Shown: positions 1 to 7,546 of the stretch, piece after piece | Layout: each line of letters begins with the position of its first letter | Numbering within the stretch: position 1 is the first letter of the stretch | Origin: Eledone cirrhosa | Lineage: Eukaryota | Reading direction: 5' to 3' | Assembly: GCA_964016885.1 (NCBI GenBank) | Contig: OZ024759.1 | Span: 28,396,001-28,460,000 of the forward strand | Length of the DNA stretch: 64,000 nucleotides | Position numbers and translations under genes: made by a program | The notes under the pieces: generated by a model | Database searches by the model: none | Told to the model about the DNA's origin: nothing | The model's input: only the letters and a program-made list of their open reading frames with translations

Positions 1-575
<575 letters not shown>

Positions 576-997
576 GTGTGTGCGTGTGTTTCTTTTGTGT
601 GTTTCGTTTGTATTTTCAAAGCGTGTGGAATGGACGTCTGTCAATTAGTTTAATGAATGGAGAATGACTGAATGAGTTCTTTGTATTTCGTGAGAAAACT
701 CGGAGAAGCCAGAAGCCAGACAAAATGAATATTATCTAAATGAAGTAATTGTTACAAACTACGTGATTTGATTTTAATAAGATTTTATACCAAAATTATT
801 ATTATTTTTTTTTTAATGTGGGAAGAAAATTAAATGAAGATAAATGAAAATAAATTAAAATAAATGATAATAAATGGAAATATATGAAACATGTTAGATA
901 AACTGTTTTAAGAAGAGAGGTCTAGACGAGTGTGAATAATGTAAATAGATTATCAACTGAAACAACCAAATTAATCAACAACCACCGACAAAAGAGG

Positions 998-1001
<4 letters not shown>

Positions 1002-1082
<81 letters not shown>
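1002..1082. repeat. compound (TA)n(GT)n microsatellite
   Basis: Directly visible. Confidence 0.97.
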
Positions 1083-1084
<2 letters not shown>

Positions 1085-1133
1085 TATAAGTTTGGTAGAA
1101 GTAAAGGTTGGGAACACAGTTTGAGAGCGGGGT

Positions 1134-1617
1134 TGGAAGTCGGACCTTCGTAAAGACCTGAAGATCCGTCTCTTCGTTGTTACAGTGGAGTCTGTGCTGC
1201 TGTAAGGGTCTGAGACTTAGACACTGACCAAGAAACTCACTCAGATGGTGAATGGGTGCTACACAAGAATGTTGAGGATGGGTCTGAATATTAATCAGTA
1301 TACACTGAGGATGAAGAACTCAGAGCTGTACGGGAGCCTCCCAAAAGTCAGCTCAAAAGTGACACAGAGGAGACTGAGGTTAGCTGGACATGCTCACCGA
1401 CATCCAGAGTTGACACTGCACTCAGTTCTCCTGTGAGAGGCCCTACATGGACACGCTAGAAGAGGAAGACCGAGGTTGACATATGTTGATGCCCTAAGGA
1501 CAGAGACTGGTCTCTAGGAGACGCAGGACATGGCGGTGATGATGAGGGACAGAGACCGCTGGAAAGAACTCGTCCATGGATCTCGGGAATTTTATCCGCC
1601 CTAGATAGATAGATAGA
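1134..1617 (+). mobile_element. RTE-clade non-LTR retrotransposon, 5'-truncated 3' end (post-RT C-terminus), inactivated by nonsense codons, with (TAGA)n tail
   Basis: One frame from 1134 reads WKSDLRKDLKIRLFVVTVESVLL*GSET*TLTKKLTQMVNGCYTRMLRMGLNI...NSELYGSLPKVSSKVTQRRLRLAGHAHRHPE...VLL*EALHGHARRGRPRLTYVDALRTETGL*...MMRDRDRWKELV...PP* (stop 1602-1604). This matches the RTE motifs VESVLLYGSETWTLT, GCYTRMLR, RRLRLAGHxxR and RGRP. The stop runs straight into a TAGA microsatellite tail, as is typical of RTE 3' ends. Confidence 0.9.
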
Positions 1618-1762
1618 TTTATTTATGCATATATATATATATATGTGTGTGTGTAATCTGAGTTTTTCGAATATTAATAATTATAATCGATTCGTTTGCA
1701 ATTATGCAAACAAGCCTCATTTTTAAAGCCATGTCAGTAGAATGGGCCCCTCACTCTTGCTG

Positions 1763-1808
<46 letters not shown>

Positions 1809-1915
1809 CGAAACTCTGAGACATCCTTGGTACAGTTAGGTATATTTGAAAAAAAGGAAAAGAATGACTTCACCTGTAGTGTTAAAAAAATTGATTTATT
1901 TTATATTATAATAAT

Positions 1916-2100
1916 TGTTTCTACTTTAGGCACAAGGCCAGCAATTACCCAGTGCATTACTGGTACTTTATTTTATCGACCCCGTAAGGATGAAAGGCAA
2001 AGTCAACCTCGGCGGGATTTGAACTCAGATCGTAAAGGGACGTAACTATGCTGGAAAGCATGGCGTCCGACCTTCCACCGATACTGCCAATCCACCGCCC
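1916..2100 (-). mobile_element. tRNA-derived SINE (Octopus-type) with 18-bp target-site duplication
   Basis: The minus strand begins GGGCGGTGGATTGGCAGTATCGG (A-box-like), has GAGTTCAAATCCC (B box), then the core GTTGACTTTGCCTTTCATCCTTACGGGGTCGATAAAATAAAGTACCAG. An identical flank ATTTTATATTATAATAAT lies at 1898-1915 and 2101-2118. The family assignment is from recalled consensus, not a search. Confidence 0.88.
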
Positions 2101-2202
2101 ATTTTATATTATAATAATGTGAGTTGAACTCATAATATTATAATATTATAAAATTAAATCAAATTTTTTAACACTACAAGTCATTATTTTCCTTTTTTTC
2201 AA

Positions 2203-2255
<53 letters not shown>

Positions 2256-2273
2256 TATATATAGATATAGATA
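2203..2273. repeat. (TA)n(GA)n microsatellite
   Basis: Directly visible. Confidence 0.95.
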
Positions 2274-2435
2274 GGTAAATATACACGGGTGTGTATGATT
2301 GTGTATAGAAGATTATATTAATAAGAGGAATTCCAACTTTGTCTGATTTACTCGTTTTATTTACAATCCTTTAAAATACATATAATGGTATTATAATGAA
2401 ATAGTATGATAGAATATTAAATTCTAAGTGTTAAT

Positions 2436-2474
2436 TGAACAAGTACTTTCATGCTTTCGCAATCTTCAGGTTCA
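2436..2474 (-). ncRNA. minimal type I hammerhead ribozyme motif (Penelope-like element pseudo-LTR type)
   Basis: Minus strand: TGAAC-CTGAAGA-TTGC-GAAA-GCAT-GAAA-GTAC-T-T-GTTCA. It has the CUGANGA box, a short stem II (UGC/GCA around a GAAA tetraloop), the GAAA box, a palindromic stem III (AGUACU), a CUU cleavage triplet and stem I TGAAC/GTTCA. Confidence 0.72.
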
Positions 2475-2564
2475 TAATATGTGGTGACAGTCGAGTTTGC
2501 AATTTTCAACTGTCAGTTGAAAATTGGAAACTCGACTGTCACCACATATTATGAACCTGAAGAT
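2462..2564. repeat. 103-bp near-perfect palindrome (51-bp arms, 1-nt spacer, 1 mismatch)
   Basis: ATCTTCAGGTTCATAATATGTGGTGACAGTCGAGTTTGCAATTTTCAACTG-T-CAGTTGAAAATTGGAAACTCGACTGTCACCACATATTATGAACCTGAAGAT. Confidence 0.97.
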
Positions 2565-2960
2565 ATTCTTTTTATTGATAACGTATGTAAATGACTTTCA
2601 ATTCCTTTTTGACCAAAACGAATCAAGAAAGTTTACATCTTATATACGAATTGTGTTCATTGTATTTTGACAAAAATGAATAAAGAAATCAAGAGCCTTC
2701 TAGAATCTGAGTAAGACGTGCTAAAAAGAACGTAAGTATATATGATGTTTCTAAATGAAGAAACTAAGTGTTAGATAAAGTTTATTAAAAGAAACTAAGA
2801 ATGATGACGTTTCTAAATAAAGAAACTAAAAATACTTTTCAGGTTGTCGAAAAAAAAATCTATATGAAACTGGACGCCATTCTTTTTTCAAGGGCAATAA
2901 CTCTGAAATATTTTGAAAGAGTTACCTCCAATACAGAAACACCACCTGCATCACCTGCTG

Positions 2961-3070
2961 GTAATGTGCCATATTATATTCAAAATGATTTAATTAAAAT
3001 CTGTTTTTTTATAAAAGAAAGAACAAAAACATTATTGAAATTAAGAAATAAATTTTATTCAGTAAAGTTG
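2961..3070 (+). repeat. orphan copy of the array-internal segment 6280-6392 (remnant 'unit 0')
   Basis: GTAATGTGCCATATTATATTCAA...AAAAGAAAGAACAAAAAC...GAAATTAAGAAAT...TTTTATTCAGTAAAGTTG aligns with 6280-6392. Confidence 0.9.
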
Positions 3071-3374
3071 CCTGAAAATTGTTTAGCCTGATTCCTATAT
3101 ATCGATAATGTGTTCGGTGCGTAATATTTGAACCTTCATTGAGGGTCTTTGCCGTAATTTCCCGTAGCTCCGACTAGAAGTCATTATGTAGTTTTTTCGT
3201 CCGTTAAAAATAATGATTAAAACAATTCTATATCAACAGTTCTATACACCTCTTCATCACATATTATATTATTTCCACCAATAACTACATTATATCCTTA
3301 AATAAGACACCAAGACATATAATTTGTAAATAAAAGATAAAATATTAAAACCTCAAGTTTTAAATAATTTTACC

Positions 3375-3507
3375 CCACCTTTGTGTTCAGATTAATCCAT
3401 AATTTTATGATTTTGGAGCAGATAACTTATAGAACCAGTCATGTACTGGGATCAATTTAACGAATTAGTTCCGCCCCGCAAATTACTTGACTTTTGCTTA
3501 AGTAAGA
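3375..3507 (+). mobile_element. old, degenerate copy of the same SINE family inside the unit (opposite orientation to 1916-2100)
   Basis: The reverse complement of the copy-2 version (~7940-8077), CTTACTTAGGCAAAAGTCAAGTAATTT...GATCCCAGTACATGACTGGTACT, aligns with CTACTTTAGGCACAAGGCCAGCAATT...CCCAGTGCATTACTGGTACT at 1921-1968. Confidence 0.65.
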
Positions 3508-3544
3508 CATACTCACAGAATGTATCGATGTATATGTATGAAAG

Positions 3545-3567
3545 TATATATATATAATAATAATAAT

Positions 3568-3638
<71 letters not shown>
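3545..3638. repeat. (TA)n/(TAA)n microsatellite, long only in copy 1
   Basis: Directly visible. It is reduced to a few TA repeats in the other copies (e.g. 8116-8124). Confidence 0.95.
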
Positions 3639-3639
<1 letters not shown>

Positions 3640-3724
3640 TTGTATATTTTATGTTTACAATAAAAATAGACAAACAATTTAATGATAATATGAAATGAAA
3701 TTATTATTATTTATTAATAATATT

Positions 3725-3898
3725 TTTATTGTTTTCACTGCATTAACTTCTGAGTGTGACTTTGTTTTTCTCTTACTATTTTCAACTGTAAATGGAGGCT
3801 CAGAGGAAATTGGATTATTACTAACGTTTACTGGATTGTGGTGTTACTTTATTGTTTTATGTTTCAATCAGTGGACATCAGTATAGCTTTCTATATAC
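3725..3898 (-). other. putative 3'-terminal exon, paralog A (coding part 3868-3898)
   Basis: Minus strand: acceptor TTTATCCCAG | G TAT ATA GAA AGC TAT ACT GAT GTC CAC TGA (YIESYTDVH*; YIESYPDVH* in the other copies), then about 140 nt and AATAAA at 3725-3730. Homologous to 6376-6570. Confidence 0.45.
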
Positions 3899-4828
3899 CT
3901 GGGATAAATGTAAAGAGTACCGTCTTTCATCTGCAGTACAATGGTGATGTCTTCTTATATTTACATTTACTTCTGCAATACTGTATATTGTAGTCTTTTC
4001 ATTATTTTAAATATTTCTATCATGTCACTCGTTTGATATATCTCCCCGAAAGATGTAGTTATTCAGGGCTTTACATTGGAATAGTGTACTACTATTTAAA
4101 TATTAGTCCTTTAAATATATATTTCTATATACCCTCTTAGATTTATCTCCTCTAAATTTGCAATCCCTAAAGTTTAACATCTTTCTTCAGAAGATAGATT
4201 TCTTAATAATTCTGGTGTTTTCTGTTTTCTTCATTTCTGGATTCCTTCAATAGCGTCTCCCCAAAACAATATTCTAGGTGGTATCACACACATATCATTG
4301 AACTAGTATTTTAGACCTCTCGGCAAAGGAATGTTTTATTATTCCTATCATCTGAATTCCTTTTTTTTTTCTTCAACATGTTTAGCCATCTTTAAAATCA
4401 TGTTCATACATATTCACAATTCCTCGTGGAGGGGTATAAGAGACATGTATAAATATAGCTGCATATTACTACAAAATAACTTGAACCATATCGCGAAACA
4501 TTTTGTAAAGTATCTCTGTAATTATTCTCATTTCGATTTTCTGTAGAATGTATTGACGTTTAAGATAGAGACAATTGCCCTTCTTCTAATAATCTCTTTG
4601 TCCATTCCATGTTTAGTCTCACAAAATATTGTTAATGCAAGATTTTGCTCTAATGTAATAAATGTTACTTTTAAAAGACCGAAGTTCTCGATTTTCTTCT
4701 TTCTCTTGTATATTGATATCTAAAGGATGACAAATGTATGCATTATGTGATAGGGAGGGAAAAAGCCACGACCTTCTTCTCTCGTTACAGAAGGCTAACT
4801 GACAACGTCTTTCGCAAGAGTGACTAGT

Positions 4829-4863
4829 ACTGTACAGCAATGAACAATACTGCCTTTTATATA
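4829..4863 (-). promoter_or_regulatory. TATA box with Inr-like ACAGT at canonical spacing (copy 1 only)
   Basis: Minus strand GTATATAAAAGGCAG...GTACAGT. The first T of TATAAAAG (4861) is 30 nt upstream of the A in CAGT (4831). It points toward the paralog A exon. Confidence 0.35.
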
Positions 4864-5320
4864 CCGTGACAACTGGAAAGACGTGACAGATAAGGATACA
4901 CTCTGCTCTCCTTATCAACATTGTCCGAGTCTGAGAACCTTTCCTCCCTGGTTAAGGAGTGAGATAAAATATTAGGGATCAATCTCTACTAATAATTTCA
5001 TTAAATCATATTTAACCAGAGACTGTTATGTCGTGGTTGTTGCTATATTTTATAGTCGTGGTTTCAATGTTTAACAGCGGTTGTATAATTAGCTTTATCT
5101 AATTATTATCAAAGAAAACAGATTTATATATTGTCGCCGTTGTACGTTAAAATCACATATATATTTATATACACACCAAGGATGGAGGGACGACGGAATT
5201 GAAAACTATTATTGCTGAGTACATCACGGCATGATCTAATCTAATACACACACACACTCTCTCCCGTATATATTTAATAATCAGCTATGACCATGAAGAA
5301 GGTCCCTGTAGATCATCTGG

Positions 5321-5447
5321 TTGTAGGATCTAATGAACCCGAAAGAAAGTGAAAATATATTTTATGAAAGCCCCAGAAGAATAAATGTAAACATTGACCC
5401 GATTCTAGTAGAAATAACAATGAGAAAGCCATGAACGCCAGCACATC
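5321..5447 (+). repeat. left member of a diverged long-range inverted repeat (partner 7413-7546)
   Basis: AGAAAGCCATGAACGCCAGCACATC (5423-5447) versus the reverse complement of 7413-7437, AGAAAGCCATGAACGCCACCACGTC (23/25). Colinear blocks TTGTAGG, GAAAGAAA, ATGAAA and GACCC..TTCTAGTA are also shared. Confidence 0.8.
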
Positions 5448-5464
5448 TATTTTGCTTGGAAATT

Positions 5465-5599
5465 GAAAGTAGGTTTATAAATATTAATTTTTTTCTTATG
5501 TTCTTGTATCTGTTTCGTTGGCCTAATGGTAGGTGTTAGAGACTATGTAGACATTGATGTGGTGTTCAATCTCAGTCCGAATCTGTACTATATATTTTT
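5465..5599 (+). ncRNA. tRNA-like Pol III module 1 (degenerate; tRNA-like start 5512)
   Basis: Upstream AAGTAGGTTTATAAATATTAATTTT, A box TGGCCTAATGG (5519), B-box-like GTGTTCAATCTC (5562), T5 at 5595-5599. No closing acceptor stem. Confidence 0.5.
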
Positions 5600-5625
5600 A
5601 AATTTAAATTTTTCTCTAGCAAAGT

Positions 5626-5765
5626 AAAAAAATGAAATTATAATCTATAGACTTTGTCTGAGATCGAAACCCAGAGCAGGTTCTCCACCGTCTCTAATAC
5701 CTACCATTAGGCCACGGAGACAGATATAAAAACAGTGTGAAAATTAATATTTATAAAGTTACTTT
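5626..5765 (-). ncRNA. tRNA-like Pol III module 2 (start 5721), convergent with module 1
   Basis: Minus strand: AAGTAACTTTATAAATATTAATTTTC...GTCTCCGTGGCCTAATGGTAGGTATTAGAGACGGTGGAGAACCTGCTCTGGGTTTCGATCTCAG...T7. Confidence 0.55.
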
Positions 5766-5786
5766 TTTATTTTTGTTTTATACTAT

Positions 5787-5919
5787 AAAAAAATATAATA
5801 CGACACACTGCCAGTGATTGAACCCCGCACCTGGACCTCCACCGGCTCTTATACTTACCACTAGGCTAAAGGGACGGTTACGGAAACTTACTGAAAATTG
5901 ATATTTATAAACCTACTTT
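5787..5919 (-). ncRNA. tRNA-like Pol III module 3 (start 5875)
   Basis: Minus strand: AAGTAGGTTTATAAATATCAATTTTC...GTCCCTTTAGCCTAGTGGTAAGTATAAGAGCCGGTGGAGGTCCAGGTGCGGGGTTCAATCACTGG...T7. Confidence 0.55.
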
Positions 5920-5924
5920 TTCAT

Positions 5925-6099
5925 TACTAGAAAAAACCGGAAGTGGAGAAAATTGAAAAACATCTTCTTTTTCTTCCTCTGATTTTTTTTTATCCAAAAT
6001 TTCGATTTAAGTCAGAGACGAGTTATCGTTCGTGGCAAAAATCAGAGGAAGAAAAAGAAAAAGTTTTTCAATTTTCTCCACTTCCGGTTTTTTCTAGTA
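5925..6099. repeat. inverted repeat with ~63-bp arms (2 mismatches), ~49-nt spacer and TACTAG...CTAGTA termini
   Basis: TACTAGAAAAAACCGGAAGTGGAGAAAATTGAAAAACATCTTCTTTTTCTTCCTCTGATTTTT (5925-5987) versus AAAAATCAGAGGAAGAAAAAGAAAAAGTTTTTCAATTTTCTCCACTTCCGGTTTTTTCTAGTA (6037-6099). Confidence 0.96.
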
Positions 6100-6212
6100 T
6101 AGGTAAGTAAATATTAATTTTCAATGCATTTTTCTAACCGTCCCTGTGGCCTAATGGTAAGTACTAGAGACGGTGGAGATCCTGATTTAGGGTTCGATTT
6201 CCGTTAGGTTTT
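6100..6212 (+). ncRNA. tRNA-like Pol III module 4 (start 6140), divergent from module 3; best A/B boxes
   Basis: GTCCCTGTGGCCTAATGGTAAGTACTAGAGACGGTGGAGATCCTGATTTAGGGTTCGATTTCCGTTAGGTTTT: A box at 6147, B box GGTTCGATTT at 6191, T4 at 6209-6212. The 3' acceptor strand (CAGGGAC) is missing, so this is not a canonical tRNA. Confidence 0.6.
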
Positions 6213-6375
6213 ATACTAATAACTGCGTATTTGTTGCTTTTATTAAGTAAGATTTGAACTAATAATGCTGTACTTTGTAGTAATGTCCCATATTATATTC
6301 AACATATTTTAATTAAAATTTGTTTTTTTTTATAAAAGAAAGAACAAAAAACCTTATTGAAATTAAGAAATGAAT

Positions 6376-6570
6376 TTTATTCAGTAAAGTTGTTTTTATT
6401 TTGTTTTCACTTCATTAACTGCTGAATACGTCTTTTGTTTTTGTTTTTGATTCTTTCTAACCATTGTTTACTGCAAATGGTGACTGCAACGAAGCTGGAT
6501 TATTACCAAGTTTCACTGGATGATTGTATTATTTTGTTGTCAGTGGACATCTGGACATCTATCTAAATAC
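6376..6570 (-). other. putative 3'-terminal exon, paralog B (coding part 6540-6570)
   Basis: Minus strand: acceptor TTTATTCCAG | G TAT TTA GAT AGA TGT CCA GAT GTC CAC TGA (YLDRCPDVH*), then a UTR-like tract with AATAAA at 6395-6400 and 6376-6381. Confidence 0.45.
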
Positions 6571-7023
6571 CTGGAATAAACACAAGGTGTGTGTTTTACG
6601 TAACATTTCATTTTAATGTCTGATGTTCCTGTATATCACATTTAAAATGTAACCAATAAACAAGAGAGGGAGGCGACATCAAAATAAACCACACAGACGA
6701 GGTACGAATAATCTAAAATTAATTTTAACAAACTATAAACGATGTTTAAAGAGAGACAAACATTAAAAAAGGATTTCAAACAAACACGTAAACACAATTA
6801 CAGCCATAATCTAATATGTGAAGATCAACATTTTTCACGATCGAAATAAAACTAAATATGTAAAGTTTAGTGGCCCCTGATTTACTTGCTTTTAATTTCA
6901 TTTTGATAATCTGTATTCTGTAGACATATATTTATGATTTTAATGATGAAATTTCCTCTTGTCTTTAAAAGATTATTACTTATAAAAATTATAATAGTCA
7001 CCTCTTCATTCGAGGTAGCTTAC

Positions 7024-7076
7024 CCACAGGGGTTCCTCAACTGGGCGATTTCAACTGTTGGGTGGGCGATGAGCAG
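7024..7076 (-). other. candidate internal exon in phase with paralog B (alternatively a hAT-MITE end on the + strand)
   Basis: TTTTCTGTTCAG | CTG CTC ATC ... CCC TGT GG | GTAAGC: 53 nt ending in phase 2. The + strand CAGGGGTTCCTCAACTGGGCGAT also resembles hAT-Charlie termini. Confidence 0.25.
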
Positions 7077-7236
7077 CTGAACAGAAAATTGAGGGCCATT
7101 GGAAACTTTGGTGGCCGATATAGAATTTTGAGATTTAAGAAGGTATGCTACCCGAAAACCTATTCAAGGAATATATGCAAAGAACCTGAATAAAAATCAG
7201 GAAGCTAATTGGGAAAATTAAACCAGGAACAAACAT

Positions 7237-7413
7237 TTACGAAACATATTTGGTATACTTTGGAATATTTACTATACAGGTGGCTGGTGGAATATTTTTC
7301 AAATGTTCTGGAGACAAGCCTCTTAGCTATATATCATAGTTCTTCAATCCTTCATCTTCCACAGTTGGTGAAGTATTTCGATTTGATATGACGATCGCAG
7401 AGTTAGATTTAGG
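7237..7413 (-). pseudogene. possible hAT (ZBED1/Ac-like) transposase fossil
   Basis: The frame reads PKSNSAIVISNRNTSPTVEDEGLKNYDI*LRGLSPEHLKNIPPATCIVNIPKYTKYVS*, weakly reminiscent of the hAT motif PxSIVEDEG(F/L)xxLL...PxYxxPSR. Visual similarity only. Confidence 0.25.
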
Positions 7414-7546
7414 ACGTGGTGGCGTTCATGGCTTTCTTAGTGTTGTTACTAGAAAGGGTCGACTCTGTCTTTCACACTTCAGGTTTTTTCATGAATTAAA
7501 TATCCATTTTCTTTCTGATCGGTCTAACAATGATTTGAACCTACAA
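7413..7546 (-). repeat. right member of the diverged inverted repeat (partner 5321-5447)
   Basis: See 5321-5447. Confidence 0.8.

Noticed and set aside
2742-2830. Three AAGAAACTAA repeats at ~30-nt spacing (CRISPR-like periodicity)
   Set aside because: This is a short degenerate local duplication in eukaryotic DNA. The first and third units are related, and there are no cas genes.
3695-3886. Hydrophobic + strand ORF family MK(L/V)LLFINNIF... (63-108 aa) resembling a secreted or membrane peptide
   Set aside because: It reflects T-rich composition antisense to the exon/UTR-like block. Frame and length change among copies, and it is not preserved in the paralogous block at 6395-6645.
4331-4546. 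Repeated ORFs MFYYSYHL..., MGKLNQEQ... and MIYLPERY...
   Set aside because: They recur only because the DNA is tandemly repeated. Some start at TTG, some are broken by homopolymer length changes, and none has a recognisable domain.
4527-4719. Minus-strand open frame ISIYKRKKKIENFGLLK...RKSK* after an acceptor-like CCTTTAG
   Set aside because: No recognisable homology, no phase-compatible link to paralog A, and it is frameshifted in copies 10 and 12.
5851-5870. ATACTTACC, identical to the U1 snRNA 5' end
   Set aside because: The match stops after 9 nt, with no U1 stem-loops. It is the antisense of GGTAAGTAT in module 3.
6140-6212. Bona fide tRNA genes
   Set aside because: There is no 3' acceptor strand and the anticodon and T stems do not pair convincingly. 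They are kept only as tRNA-like modules.
7204-7225. Minus-strand GGTTTAATTTT(C/A)CCAA, similar to nematode SL1
   Set aside because: Only a partial match, with no following splice donor or SL RNA structure.
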